Shown one piece after another: positions 33,698 through 43,400 of a DNA stretch of 50,424 nt. Origin of the DNA: an uncultured Nocardioidaceae bacterium (GTDB lineage: Bacteria; Actinomycetota; Actinomycetes; Propionibacteriales; Nocardioidaceae); contig CAZKZQ010000002.1 of NCBI GenBank assembly GCA_964557235.1, positions 1 through 50,424 on the forward strand, given 5' to 3'. How positions within the stretch are numbered: position 1 is the stretch's first letter; every line of letters begins with the position of its first letter. The position numbers and the translations under genes were made by a program. Below the pieces are notes generated by a model. The model saw only the letters and a list, made by a program, of their open reading frames with translations, did not search any database and was not told the origin of the DNA.

Positions 33698-34489
33698 TCA
33701 GGCGAGCAGCACGCCGCCGTCGACCACGACCTGCGAGCCGGTCATGTAGGCCGCCATCCCGGAGACCATGAACAGCGCGACCGTCGCGATCTCGTCGGGG
33801 TCCCCCAGCCGCGCCATCGGGATGCGGCTCACGAAGCTCGCGAGCATGTCGTCGGTGACACCGCTGGAGCGGCCGACACCGACACCCGGCGTGGCGATGC
33901 CCCCGGGAGCCAGGGCGTTGACCCGGATGTGGTGCGGTGCGAGCTCGCGGGCCAGGTTCTTGGTGAAGCCCCACACCCCGTGCTTGGACGCGTCGTAGTG
34001 CGCCAGGCCGACCGACGAGGGGTGCAGCGCGTCGACCGAGGTGATGTTGAGGATCTGCCCGTCGCCCTGCCCGACCATGACCCTGGCGGCCGCACGGCAC
34101 ATGAGGAACGTGCCGCGGAGGTTGACCTCCAGCACGCGGTCGAAGTCGGTGGCGGTCATCTCCAGCACGGGGCGCGCGGGATAGATGCCGGCGTCGTTGA
34201 CCAGGACGTCGAGCCGTCCGGTCCAGGCCATCGCCTGGTCGACGGCGTGGTCCACGTCCTGCTCCTGGGACACGTCGCAGCGGACGGCGCGGACGGTCAG
34301 CCCGTGCTCGCGCAGGACCTTGCACGTCTGCTGCGCGGCCTCCAGGTCGGCGTCGCAGACGAGGACCGAGGCACCGGCCTCGGCGAGTCGACGGGCGATG
34401 GCCTCGCCGATGCCCATGGCGCCTCCGGTGACCAGCGCGGTCTTCCCGGTCAGGTCGAGGAGGTCGGGGATGGAGGGGTGTCGGTTCAT
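33698..34489 (-). CDS. Short-chain dehydrogenase/reductase (probably NAD-preferring)
   Basis: TGGAMGIG, acidic CDAD at the end of beta2, VNDAG, YDASK, IRVNALAPG, VVDGG. Confidence 0.92.
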   Translation of the reverse strand: MNRHPSIPDLLDLTGKTALVTGGAMGIGEAIARRLAEAGASVLVCDADLEAAQQTCKVLREHGLTVRAVRCDVSQEQDVDHAVDQAMAWTGRLDVLVNDAGIYPARPVLEMTATDFDRVLEVNLRGTFLMCRAAARVMVGQGDGQILNITSVDALHPSSVGLAHYDASKHGVWGFTKNLARELAPHHIRVNALAPGGIATPGVGVGRSSGVTDDMLASFVSRIPMARLGDPDEIATVALFMVSGMAAYMTGSQVVVDGGVLLA

Positions 34490-34983
34490 GGTTGCTCCCT
34501 GTTCTGGTGTGTGTCACGAGTGCGCTGGCGCGGCAGCCAGGGCACGTCGAGTGGTCGGTCGGCGAAGACCACCAGCACCGACGTCACCGGCTCGTCGGGA
34601 CGGCAGGGATCACGCAGCGGCAGCGCGTAGGCGCTGGAGATCCCGCGTTCGTCGAGCTCCGGCGCCAGCCGCGGCCAGCGCCGGCGGACCTCGTCGGCGT
34701 CCCTGGCGGCGACCGCGACGCCGTCCCGCAGGGCGTCCACGGCGGGCCCCTCGTGCAGGTGCCGCTGCAGGAGCGCCAGGACCAGGGCGACGTCGTCGGA
34801 GGCGGCCATCGGCCGCAGCTGGCCGTCGGGGGTCACCGCACTGAGGTGCGCGGCCTCCACCCCCCACCTACGGACGCAGGCCTCGACCAGGTCGGCGTAC
34901 GACGCCTCGGGTGCGGGCTCCCCGTCGTCCTCGGCGGGGAGCAGTGCGTCGCGGACGGCGCGGGGAAGGGTGACGAGGGGCAT
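34486..34983 (-). CDS. GAF-only protein (GAF of the GAF-ANTAR type, ANTAR absent)
   Basis: ATG 34983, 1 bp after the USP stop; GQLRPMAASDD..LQ..EGPAVDA..RWP..GISSAYALPLR; ends without an ANTAR domain. Confidence 0.65.
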   Translation of the reverse strand: MPLVTLPRAVRDALLPAEDDGEPAPEASYADLVEACVRRWGVEAAHLSAVTPDGQLRPMAASDDVALVLALLQRHLHEGPAVDALRDGVAVAARDADEVRRRWPRLAPELDERGISSAYALPLRDPCRPDEPVTSVLVVFADRPLDVPWLPRQRTRDTHQNREQP

Positions 34984-34984
34984 G

Positions 34985-35803
34985 TCAGCGCACGATCGCC
35001 ACGGGGCAGTGGGCGTGGTGCAGCACCTGCTGACCGACCGATGCGAGCAGCGGGCGGGCGAACGGGTGCCGGCCCCGGGCACCGAGCACGACCAGCTCGG
35101 CATCCTCGCTCGCCCGGACCAGCGCCGGGGTGGGCCGCGAGGCCAGCGTCGTGAGCGACAGGGCGACGTCGGGGTGAGCCGCTCCGGCCTCGTCCACCGT
35201 GTCCCTGATCAGCCGTGGCAGCCGACACGGGTCCGCACCCGCGGGAGCCTCGATGCCGAGCGGGTCCGCGGCGCGGACGACGTGGACCGCCTCGACCCGC
35301 GAGCCCGTGCGGGCCGCCCGGGCCATCGCGAACTCCAGGGCGCGGAAGCAGCTCCAGTGGCCGTCGAGTCCCACGACGATGCGGCGCTCCGCGGAGGCCG
35401 CGGGCCGCACGACCACGAGGGGCGAGGTCGCGTGCTCGGCCAGGTCTCGGCTCACCGACCCCAGCAGGGCGCCCGCGACCGGCCCGTGGCCCTTGGACCC
35501 CACCACGACGGCGGCGGCGTCCTGCCCGGCACGCGCCAGCACCGTCGCGGGGTCACCGGACCTCACCTCGACCCTCGCCTCGGCGCAGCCGAGCGAGGCG
35601 ATCAGCTTCTCGGCCCTCTCCACCGCGTCGTGCATCGACGCGTCGTGGCCCTGGCCCCGCGCCACCACGGACGACGAGGAGGAGACCACGAGCACCTCGA
35701 TCGGGTCCAGGTCGGCGGCGGCCGTGGCCGCCGCCCACTGCAGGGCCTGGTCCGCCAGGTCCGACCCGTCGTACCCGACGACCAGACGGCGGGACCCGCT
35801 CAC
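34985..35803 (-). CDS. Universal stress protein (tandem USP domains)
   Basis: LVVGYDGS, VVVGSKGHG..LLGSVS, IVVGLDG, LHHAHCPVAIVR. Confidence 0.92.
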   Translation of the reverse strand: MSGSRRLVVGYDGSDLADQALQWAAATAAADLDPIEVLVVSSSSSVVARGQGHDASMHDAVERAEKLIASLGCAEARVEVRSGDPATVLARAGQDAAAVVVGSKGHGPVAGALLGSVSRDLAEHATSPLVVVRPAASAERRIVVGLDGHWSCFRALEFAMARAARTGSRVEAVHVVRAADPLGIEAPAGADPCRLPRLIRDTVDEAGAAHPDVALSLTTLASRPTPALVRASEDAELVVLGARGRHPFARPLLASVGQQVLHHAHCPVAIVR

Positions 35804-36003
35804 GGCGACTCCCGGTGGACCTGCCGGACGAAGGCGTCCGGGCCCGGGAACACCAGCGCCTCGTGCCCGTCGTCGGACCAGCGCACCTTGTAGGGCGGGG
35901 TGCCGTCGACGTGCCTGACCTCGAGGATGTAGCCCTCGCGGTCCGGCGTGGTGGTGTTGGGGCCGCGCACCACGAGGACGTCCCCCGGCTGGGCGTACAT
36001 CAC
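35800..36003 (-). CDS. DUF1918-like small protein
   Basis: AQPGDVLVV..REGYILEV..GTPPYKVRW.DDGHE.LVFPGPDA; start at 36003 or 36000. Confidence 0.85.
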   Translation of the reverse strand: MMYAQPGDVLVVRGPNTTTPDREGYILEVRHVDGTPPYKVRWSDDGHEALVFPGPDAFVRQVHRESP

Positions 36004-36437
36004 GAGTCCTGGCCGCTGTCGACGTGCTGCACCGGGATGCTGCGCGCCGTCGTGGGCGTGCTGTCCAGCGCCACGCGCACCTCGAGGATGCCGTCGGCGC
36101 AGGTCGCCTTCACGTCGTCGGTGCGGGCGTGCCGTGGCAGGCGCACCGAGCGGGAGAAGGATCCGTAGTGCAGCTCGCTGTGGTGGCGGTCGCGCTGCTC
36201 CTCCTTGCGTTCGCCCTTGATGGTGAGGACGTCCTCGTCGAGGGTGATCTCCAGGTCCTTGTCCGGGTCGATGCCCGGGATCTCCGCGCGCACGACGTAG
36301 GTGTCGTCCTCGAGGTAGTCCTCGATGTGCAGGGCCGACATCAGCCCGAACCCGCGCAGGCCGAGACCCTGCTCGCTCTCGAGCCAGCTGAGCAGTCCGG
36401 AGACGGCGTCGGGGCGGTGCTTCATCACGGTGGTCAT
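36000..36437 (-). CDS. Hsp20/alpha-crystallin small heat-shock protein (HspX-like)
   Basis: YVVRAEIPGIDPDKD, LTIKGER, SELHYGSFSRSVRLP, DGILEVRV; AGAAGGAG RBS. Confidence 0.93.
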   Translation of the reverse strand: MTTVMKHRPDAVSGLLSWLESEQGLGLRGFGLMSALHIEDYLEDDTYVVRAEIPGIDPDKDLEITLDEDVLTIKGERKEEQRDRHHSELHYGSFSRSVRLPRHARTDDVKATCADGILEVRVALDSTPTTARSIPVQHVDSGQDS

Positions 36438-36483
36438 GTCTTCTCCTTCTGGTGGGTGTGCCGAGGTGGACGTCGCTGTCCCC

Positions 36484-38028
36484 TCAGCCGGGGGTGATGC
36501 GTGGTCGTGGGAAGTGGGCGCGCGAGTCGCGGGCCTGACCGGTCACGGTCGCGACCGCGTGCTCGACGCAGTCCGCCGGGGCGCGCGAGGTGTCGACCAG
36601 GACGGCGTCCGCCCAGACCGGGAACTGCCGTGCCAGGCGGAGGGCGATCTCGGCGTCGGCGTCGGACACCGTGTCCGTGCGGGACGCGATGCGCTGCGCC
36701 AGGGCGTCCTCGCCGAGCAGGCAGTGGAGCTGGGTCAGGGTCGAGGAGGTGCGCGCCGCGAGGGACGCGGCAGCAGCGCGGAAGCCGGGGTAGGACCAGG
36801 TGGCGTCGAGGACGACGGACTCGCCCCTGCCCAGCAGGAGCTCGGCACGTCGCATCAGCTCCTCGTAGGTCGCGGCCGACCTGCCGGGGGCGTAGGGACC
36901 CTGCGAGAAGGGTGCTGCCAGGGAGGTCTCCGGCGTGACCCCGGCGAGCTCCTTGCGCACGCGGTCCGAGCTGAGCACGAAGGCGCCCAGGCTCGCCGCC
37001 AGCCCGGTGGCGAGCGTCGACTTGCCGCTCCCGGGCGGGCCGCCCACGAGGACGAGGCGGACCTCGCCCTGGCGCAGGTGGTGCTCGGCCAGGTCGAGCA
37101 GCTCGTGGGGCTCGGTCGCCGACCGCGCGCCCTGGTCCTCCCGGATGCAGGTGACCAGGGCCCGGACCACGGCACGGTAGGCGACGTAGTGGTGCATGAG
37201 CTGTCGGGGCCCGGGGTCCCCGGAGAGCTCCAGGTAGGCCCCGACGAACGCCGTGGCGGCGACGGGGTCGCCGAGCTGCTCCAGGTCCATGGCGAGGAAC
37301 GCCACGTCGTCGAGCACGTCGACGTGACGCAGGGCGGGGTCGAAGTCCAGGCAGTCGATGATGCGCGGCCCGTCGGGCAGGCAGAAGATGTCGTCGGCCA
37401 GCAGGTCGCCGTGGCCGTCGACGATGCGACCGCGCTCCTGACGGTCGGCGAAGAGCGCCTCACGGCCGGCCAGGAAGCGCTCGACGGCGGTGCGCACCCG
37501 AGCCGCAGAGGCCGCGCCGACCAGGCGGCCCTCGTACGGCGCGAGCCGCGCCAGGTTCGCCTCCCACCGGGCCGACAGCGCCTCGCGTCCACCGGCCACG
37601 GTGATCGCGGGCGAGCGCTCGGCCGTCGCGTGGAAGGCGGCCACCCGTCGAGCGACGGCTCGGACGAGGTCCGGCACGTCGGGGTCCGCGGATGCGACGA
37701 GGGTGGCGAGCCTGCGGTCGTCCGGCAGCCGCCTCATCGTCACCAGGTGGTCGGCCAGTGCTCCGTCCGGTCCGAGGACGTCGGAGACGCCGAGGTAGAC
37801 GTCGGGCGCGATCCGGCGGTTGAGCTCGACCTCGCGCCGGCAGGCCTCCAGGCGCTGCTCGCGGGTCCGGAAGTCGAGGAAGCCGAGGTCCACCGGCTTC
37901 TTGAGCTTGAGCGCATGGTCACCGAGGAGCAGCACGACCGAGGAGTGCGTCTCGCGCAGGTCGGCGTACGGCGCGGACGCCGAGGTGAGCAACGATCCTG
38001 CGGCACGGGCCGACCCCACGGTCGTCAC
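36484..38028 (-). CDS. Rv2004c-like aminoglycoside-phosphotransferase-fold / AAA_33 kinase fusion (~514 aa)
   Basis: GTG 38028 after GGAGG; ETHSS..KLKKPVDLGFLDF, HGDLLADDIF, IIDCLDFD, GGPPGSGKST, SSDRVRKEL, VVLDATW, SDAD. Confidence 0.9.
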   Translation of the reverse strand: MTTVGSARAAGSLLTSASAPYADLRETHSSVVLLLGDHALKLKKPVDLGFLDFRTREQRLEACRREVELNRRIAPDVYLGVSDVLGPDGALADHLVTMRRLPDDRRLATLVASADPDVPDLVRAVARRVAAFHATAERSPAITVAGGREALSARWEANLARLAPYEGRLVGAASAARVRTAVERFLAGREALFADRQERGRIVDGHGDLLADDIFCLPDGPRIIDCLDFDPALRHVDVLDDVAFLAMDLEQLGDPVAATAFVGAYLELSGDPGPRQLMHHYVAYRAVVRALVTCIREDQGARSATEPHELLDLAEHHLRQGEVRLVLVGGPPGSGKSTLATGLAASLGAFVLSSDRVRKELAGVTPETSLAAPFSQGPYAPGRSAATYEELMRRAELLLGRGESVVLDATWSYPGFRAAAASLAARTSSTLTQLHCLLGEDALAQRIASRTDTVSDADAEIALRLARQFPVWADAVLVDTSRAPADCVEHAVATVTGQARDSRAHFPRPRITPG

Positions 38029-38095
38029 GTCGCACCTCCGCCCTGATGATCGATCCCCCTGTCTCGATGGAACTCCGGGGCTCGTGGCATTGCAG

Positions 38096-38131
38096 GTGCC
38101 GGTCGCCTCCAAGCCGTGCCCCAAACGTCCT
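38096..38131 (-). promoter_or_regulatory. Weak tandem DosR-type boxes upstream of the Rv2004c-like gene
   Basis: GTGCC-GGTC-GCCTC (38096) and GCCCC-AAAC-GTCCT (38118), 22 bp apart; no clean -10 found. Confidence 0.45.
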
Positions 38132-38147
38132 TCACGACGCCGGTCGG

Positions 38148-39206
38148 TCAGAGGTGCAGGACCGCGGCCCCGACGACGCGGTCGTGCGCGAGGTCCTCGA
38201 GGGCGTCGTCCGCACGGTCGAAGGGGTACGTCGTCACCGACGGGCGGATGCCGAACAGCGGCGCGAGCCGCAGCAGCTCGAGCCCGTCGGCCCGCGTGTT
38301 GGCGGTGACGCTGGTCAGCGTCTTCTCCCGGAAGAGGTGCAGCTGGTAGTCCAGGAAGGGGATCTCGCTCAGGTGGATGCCCGCGACCGCCAACGTCCCG
38401 CCCTGGTCGAGGGCCTCGAGCGCGACCGGCACGAGGTCGCCGACCGGCGCGAAGAGGATGGCGGAGTCGAGGGGGACCGGGGGCCGGTCGTAGGCACCGC
38501 CGACCGACGTGGCGCCGAGGAGCAGGGCGAGGTCCCGCGCCCGCGCGTCCCTGGTCAGCACGTGCACCTCCGCCCCGCGGGCGATCGCGAGCTGGCAGGT
38601 GAGGTGGGCGCTCGCCCCGAAGCCATAGATGCCGAGCCGTCCGCGCTCGGGCACCCGGGCGCGCTGGAGGGCCCGGAACCCGATGATGCCCGAGCAGAGC
38701 AGCGGCGCAGCCGTCGCGTCGTCGAACTCGTCGGGCAGGCGATAGGCGAACCTCTCGTGCACGACGGCGTACTCGGCGAAGCCCCCGTCGGTGTCCCAGC
38801 CGGTGAACTGCGCGCGCCGGCAGAGGTTCTCGGCTCCCGTGCGACAGGGCCGGCAGACCCCGCACGTGCCGCGGAGCCAGGCGACGCCCGCCCGGTCGCC
38901 GGGACGGAACGCGTCGGCCCCGGGCCCGTTCGCGACGACCTCGCCGACCACCTCGTGGCCCGGCACGCGACCCGGCGCCCGCGGCGGCAGCTCGAGGTCG
39001 GCGAGGTGCAGGTCGGTGCGGCACACGCCGCACGCGACCACCCTGAGGAGCACCTCGCCCGGGCCGGGCCGGGGAACGGGTCGCTCCCCCAGCTCGATCC
39101 GCCCGTGCGACCCGGGTCTGCCGCTCACCGACCAGGCACGCATCCGGGCCGGGAGCTCGGTCGTCCGACGGGTGGTGGCGGAGGTGGGGGCGGGGGCGTG
39201 GCTCAT
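38148..39206 (-). CDS. Zinc-dependent alcohol dehydrogenase family protein
   Basis: CGVCRTDLH, PGHEVVG, structural CGVCRPC..ENLC, GIYGFGASAH; start at 39206 or 39143. Confidence 0.9.
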   Translation of the reverse strand: MSHAPAPTSATTRRTTELPARMRAWSVSGRPGSHGRIELGERPVPRPGPGEVLLRVVACGVCRTDLHLADLELPPRAPGRVPGHEVVGEVVANGPGADAFRPGDRAGVAWLRGTCGVCRPCRTGAENLCRRAQFTGWDTDGGFAEYAVVHERFAYRLPDEFDDATAAPLLCSGIIGFRALQRARVPERGRLGIYGFGASAHLTCQLAIARGAEVHVLTRDARARDLALLLGATSVGGAYDRPPVPLDSAILFAPVGDLVPVALEALDQGGTLAVAGIHLSEIPFLDYQLHLFREKTLTSVTANTRADGLELLRLAPLFGIRPSVTTYPFDRADDALEDLAHDRVVGAAVLHL

Positions 39207-39219
39207 GGTCAAGTGCACC

Positions 39220-39306
39220 GCGGCGGGCGACCCTGCCGTCAGGCCCGACCGGACCTCTCGCCGGGGCCGGTCGACCCTTCTGCCCGAGGTGGGCGGGGCA
39301 GACGCT
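39220..39306. promoter_or_regulatory. Three DosR-type boxes in exact 22-bp phase between divergent ADH and USP genes
   Basis: GCGGC-GGGC-GACCC (39220), GGCCC-GACC-GGACC (39242), GGGCC-GGTC-GACCC (39264); GACGCT -10 at 39301-39306 puts the last box at -42.5. Confidence 0.75.
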
Positions 39307-39335
39307 GGTCGAGGGCGGATCGTGAGGAGCGCGAG

Positions 39336-40205
39336 ATGACGCAGTCGAGGCACGGGATCCTGGTCGGTGTGACCGGCACGGGTCAGGACGTCGCGGCGTT
39401 GAGCTGGGCGGCCGAGCGGGCGGCGCGCGACGGCACCCGGGTCACGCTGGTCCATGCCTACGGGCACGTGCTGCCGCCGCCTCCGCCGAGCGTCCTGCTC
39501 GCGCTGGAGCCGATGACCGAGGCGGCGTCGTACCTCATGACCGGGTGCGTGGAGACCTACCTCCACCTGGCTCCCGGCGGGACCGAGAAGCCCGAGACGA
39601 TCCTGGACGACGGCCGACCCGCCCACGTCCTCGAGGAGCTGAGCAAGGACGCGGACCTCGTCGTCCTCACCCACCGCGACCGTGGTCACCGCGTCCTGAC
39701 CGGGAGCACCACGACGACCGTCGCCACCCACGCGCACTGCCCCACGATCGCGGTGCCCGACGGGTGGAACCCGGCGTCGGCGCGCGAGGCCCGGTGGGTC
39801 ACCGTCGGCGTGCACGAGCTGGGTGCGCCGACCCCTGTCCTGCGGGCCGCGGTCGACGAGGCCGTGCTCGCCGGGGCGCCGCTGCGCCTGGTGCACGGCT
39901 GGCACCTCGACAGCGTGTACGACGACATCATCAGCGCGCGCATCGACCCCGGCTGGCGGACCGACATCGAGGACTCGCTCCGCGCCGCGGTGGAACCGCT
40001 GCTCGTCGACCACCCCGAGCTCGAGGTGGAGGCGCAGGCCGTCCACGAGTGGCCGGTGGAGGCGCTGGTCGAACGCGCCGCGACCTCACGGCTCCTGGTG
40101 GTCGGCCGTCACGCCCACCACACGGCACGACCGGAGCGGCTCGGCTCGGTCGCCCGCACGGCGATCCGGGGCTCGACGTGCCCGGTCATGGTCGTGCCCG
40201 TCTAG
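39336..40205 (+). CDS. Universal stress protein (tandem USP domains)
   Basis: ATG 39336 after GAGGAG; ILVGV..ALSWAA, TGST..HAHCP, LLVVGRH..LGSVAR..CPVMVVP. Confidence 0.9.
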   Translation: MTQSRHGILVGVTGTGQDVAALSWAAERAARDGTRVTLVHAYGHVLPPPPPSVLLALEPMTEAASYLMTGCVETYLHLAPGGTEKPETILDDGRPAHVLEELSKDADLVVLTHRDRGHRVLTGSTTTTVATHAHCPTIAVPDGWNPASAREARWVTVGVHELGAPTPVLRAAVDEAVLAGAPLRLVHGWHLDSVYDDIISARIDPGWRTDIEDSLRAAVEPLLVDHPELEVEAQAVHEWPVEALVERAATSRLLVVGRHAHHTARPERLGSVARTAIRGSTCPVMVVPV

Positions 40206-40236
40206 CACGGCGCGGACCGCAGGGATCGGCACCGTG

Positions 40237-40608
40237 TCAGCCGGCACTCGCCCAGGCCTCCTCCAACCACGCCCGGACCTGCGCGTCGACCTCGCCGACG
40301 TCGGTCAGCTCGAGGTGGTGCATCCAGGTCGTCGGAGCCGGGTGGGCGACGGACTTGAAGCGGTCGCTGGTGACCTCGTGCGGCAGTGCGATGGACAGCA
40401 CGGCGGGCACGTCGTTGGCGACGTACTGGCCGGGTCGCCAGACGTAGGCGAAGCCTCGACGTCGACGGAAGGCGACCTGGCTCTTCGTGACCGCCATCGA
40501 GGTCCCGCCCAGCGAGTCGACGACCCGGGCGACCTCCTGGCAGATCGCAAGGCCCTCCGGGAACCCCCGGAAGAGGTCCTCAGGAGTCCGTGTCGGGTCC
40601 TCCGCCAT
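40237..40608 (-). CDS. DUF5655-like small protein
   Basis: TKSQVAFRRRRGFAYVW, WMHHLEL..EVDAQVRAWLEEAW; TAGCCT -10 lies 6 nt before the ATG. Confidence 0.8.
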   Translation of the reverse strand: MAEDPTRTPEDLFRGFPEGLAICQEVARVVDSLGGTSMAVTKSQVAFRRRRGFAYVWRPGQYVANDVPAVLSIALPHEVTSDRFKSVAHPAPTTWMHHLELTDVGEVDAQVRAWLEEAWASAG

Positions 40609-40654
40609 CGTCGCAGGCTAGCCCCGGCGCGGACAGGAGCAAGGAGAGGGAACC

Positions 40655-41149
40655 ATGGAGCACAAGGTCGACATCGCCGAGACCCCTGCCATCGCCGTCG
40701 CGGCGGTGCGCTTCCACGTCGGGTCCGAGGACATGCCGCGCATCGGTGAGCAGATCGGCCGGGCCTTCGGCACCGTGGTCGAGCGCCTGCAAGGTGCCGA
40801 GCTCGCGCCGACAGGACCGGCGGTGGCGTGCTACGAACCGGCGGCCGACGGCTTCGACGTGGCGGCGGGGTTCCAGGTGCCGCTGCAGGCCCAGGTGCCC
40901 AGCGGTCTCGAGCGACTCGACCTGGGTGGGGTCGAGGCCGCCCACACCACCCACGTCGGCGCCTACAGCGACCTCCACTCGGCGTACGACGACCTGCAGG
41001 CGCAGGCGAAGGCCGCCGGCCGCGAGCTCGGGAACCAGGCGCGCATGTGGGAGGAGTACTGGAGCGGCCCCGAGACGCCCGAGAGCGAGACGCGCACCGA
41101 GATCTACTGGCCCGTCGCCGGTTCGAGCCGCACGACCACCGACTTGTAG
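40655..41149 (+). CDS. GyrI-like small-molecule-binding domain protein
   Basis: AGGAGAGG RBS; GPAVACY, AHTTHVGAYSDLHSAY, WEEYW..RTEIYWPV. Confidence 0.88.
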   Translation: MEHKVDIAETPAIAVAAVRFHVGSEDMPRIGEQIGRAFGTVVERLQGAELAPTGPAVACYEPAADGFDVAAGFQVPLQAQVPSGLERLDLGGVEAAHTTHVGAYSDLHSAYDDLQAQAKAAGRELGNQARMWEEYWSGPETPESETRTEIYWPVAGSSRTTTDL

Positions 41150-43371
41150 ACCGGGGTGTTGCTGCCGAGCGCGGTCGCGTCCAGCGGCACCAGGGGGTTG
41201 GTCTCCGGGTAGTACGCCGCGGCGCAGCCGACCGGGGTGTCGTACTCGACGACGCGGAACCCCGGGGCCCGCCGCGTCGTGCCGTCCCACACCGAGACGA
41301 GGTCGACCAGGTCGCCCGGCTCCAGGCCGAGGGAGGTGACGTCCTCGCGGTTGACGAACACCACGCGGCGGCCGCCCTCGATGCCGCGGTAGCGGTCGCT
41401 GAGGCCGTAGATCGTGGTGTTGAACTGGTCGTGGCTGCGCAGCGTCTGCAGCAGGAGGTGGCCGGGCGGGACCTGGAGCACGTCGATCGGGGAGACCGCG
41501 AACTCGGCTCGCCCGCTCGGCGTGCGGAACGTGCGCGAGTCGCGCGGCGGGTGCGGCAGGAGGTAGCCCTCGGGCCGGTGGGTCCTCGCCTCGTAGTCCT
41601 CGCAGCCCGGCACGACCCGGGAGATGCGGTCGCGGATCGTGCTGTAGTCGTCGCGGAAGGCGCGCCAGTCGATGCCGTGGGCGTCGCCCAGCGTCGCCTC
41701 GGCGATGCCGGTGACGATGGCGACCTCGGAGCGCAGGTGGGGGCTCGCCGGCTTGAGCGGCCCGCGCGAGGCGTGCACCATGCAGACCGAGTCCTCGACG
41801 GTGACCGTCTGCGGCCCGCTCGCCTGCACGTCCTTCTCGGTGCGGCCGAGCGTCGGGAGGATCAGCGCGGTGTCGCCGCACACCAGGTGCGAGCGGTTGA
41901 GCTTGGTGGAGACCTGCACGGTCAGCCGGGTGTTGCGCAGCGCGTCGGCGGTGACCTCGGAGTCCGGCGTCGCCTGGGCGAAGTTGCCGCCGAGGCCGAT
42001 GAACACCTTGACCCGGCCGTCGCGCATCGCCCGGATCGAGTCGACCACGTCGACCCCGTGCTCCCGCGGGGGGTCGAACCCGAACTCCGCCTGCAGCGAG
42101 TCGAGGAACTCCGCGGGCGGGCGCTCCCAGATGCCCATCGTGCGGTCGCCCTGCACGTTGGAGTGGCCGCGGACCGGGAGGAGGCCCGCCCCTGGCCGGC
42201 CGACCTCGCCACGGGCGAAGGCGAGGTTGGCCACCTCGCGCACGGTCGCGACGGCGTTGCGGTGCTGGGTCAGGCCCATCGCCCAGCACCAGACGGTCCT
42301 CGACGAGTCGCGGATCATCTCCGCCGCCTCGCGGATCTGCGCAGCGGTCAGCCCGGTGATGGTCTCGACGAGGTCCCAGTCGACCGCGGCGACGTGGTCG
42401 CGCCAGGCCTCGAACCCGTGCGTGTGCTGGTCGAGGAACTCGTGGTCGAGGGCGTCCCACTCCACCAGCAGCGACCCGATCGCCTGGAACAGAGCCAGGT
42501 CGCCGTTGACGCGCACGGGCAGGTGGAGGTCGCTGAGCGAGGTCCCGGTGCCGACGACGCCGCGCGGCTTCTGCGGGTTCTTGAACCGGGTCAGGCCGGC
42601 CTCACGGAGCGGGTTGATCGCGAGGATCTTGGCGCCGTTGGCCTTCGCCAGCTCCAGGGCGGTCAGCATGCGCGGGTGGTTGGTGCCGGGGTTCTGGCCG
42701 GCGATGACGATGAGGTCGGCGTGGTGGACGTCGTCGATCGTGACGGTCGCCTTGCCCAGGCCGATCGCGTCCTTGAGCGCGACGCTCGTCGACTCGTGGC
42801 ACATGTTGGAGCAGTCGGGCAGGTTGTTCGTGCCGAACGCGCGGGCGAACAGCTGGTAGGTGAAGGCGGCCTCGTTGGACGTGCGCCCGGAGGTGTAGAA
42901 CGTCGCCTCGTCGGGACTGTCGAGGGCCGTGAGCTCCTCGCCGACGAGGGCGAAGGCGTCGGCCCAGGAGATGGGCTCGTAGTGGGTCGCGCCGGGACGC
43001 TTCACCATCGGCTCGGTGAGCCGGCCCTGCTGCCCCAGCCAGAGCTCGCTGCGCGCGTCGAGGTCGGCGATGCTGTGCTCGGCGAAGAACTCCGGCGTGC
43101 ACCGCTGCTTCGTCGCCTCCTCCGCGACCGCCTTGACGCCGCTCTCGCAGAACTCCGCGGTGTGCCGGTCCGAGGGATCCGGCCAGGCACAGCTCGGGCA
43201 GTCGAAGCCCTTCTGCTGGTTGAGGTCCTTCAGCGTCAGTGCCGTGCGCCTCGGACCCATGCGCTCGAGCGCCCGCTTCATCGACACGGCGACCGCGGTC
43301 GTGCCGGCGGCGTACTCCTTCTGCGGGTGGACCTCGAGGTCCGACTCGTCGTGGTCGTCGCGCTTGGCCAT
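41104..43371 (-). CDS. FdhF/YdeP-family molybdopterin oxidoreductase (~755 aa)
   Basis: ATG 43371; GFDCPSCAWPD, FCESG, FYTSGRTSNE, NNLPDCSNMCHES, GQNPGTNHPRML, RGHSNVQGDRT, LRSHDQFNTTIYG. Confidence 0.93.
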   Translation of the reverse strand: MAKRDDHDESDLEVHPQKEYAAGTTAVAVSMKRALERMGPRRTALTLKDLNQQKGFDCPSCAWPDPSDRHTAEFCESGVKAVAEEATKQRCTPEFFAEHSIADLDARSELWLGQQGRLTEPMVKRPGATHYEPISWADAFALVGEELTALDSPDEATFYTSGRTSNEAAFTYQLFARAFGTNNLPDCSNMCHESTSVALKDAIGLGKATVTIDDVHHADLIVIAGQNPGTNHPRMLTALELAKANGAKILAINPLREAGLTRFKNPQKPRGVVGTGTSLSDLHLPVRVNGDLALFQAIGSLLVEWDALDHEFLDQHTHGFEAWRDHVAAVDWDLVETITGLTAAQIREAAEMIRDSSRTVWCWAMGLTQHRNAVATVREVANLAFARGEVGRPGAGLLPVRGHSNVQGDRTMGIWERPPAEFLDSLQAEFGFDPPREHGVDVVDSIRAMRDGRVKVFIGLGGNFAQATPDSEVTADALRNTRLTVQVSTKLNRSHLVCGDTALILPTLGRTEKDVQASGPQTVTVEDSVCMVHASRGPLKPASPHLRSEVAIVTGIAEATLGDAHGIDWRAFRDDYSTIRDRISRVVPGCEDYEARTHRPEGYLLPHPPRDSRTFRTPSGRAEFAVSPIDVLQVPPGHLLLQTLRSHDQFNTTIYGLSDRYRGIEGGRRVVFVNREDVTSLGLEPGDLVDLVSVWDGTTRRAPGFRVVEYDTPVGCAAAYYPETNPLVPLDATALGSNTPVYKSVVVRLEPATGQ

Positions 43372-43400
43372 GCCGTGGTCCTTCCCGAGCTGCCCGGGGC

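Noticed and set aside
36484-38028. Aminoglycoside-resistance gene
   Set aside because: The architecture matches the Rv2004c-like dormancy protein (APH-fold plus P-loop); the fold alone does not support a resistance call.
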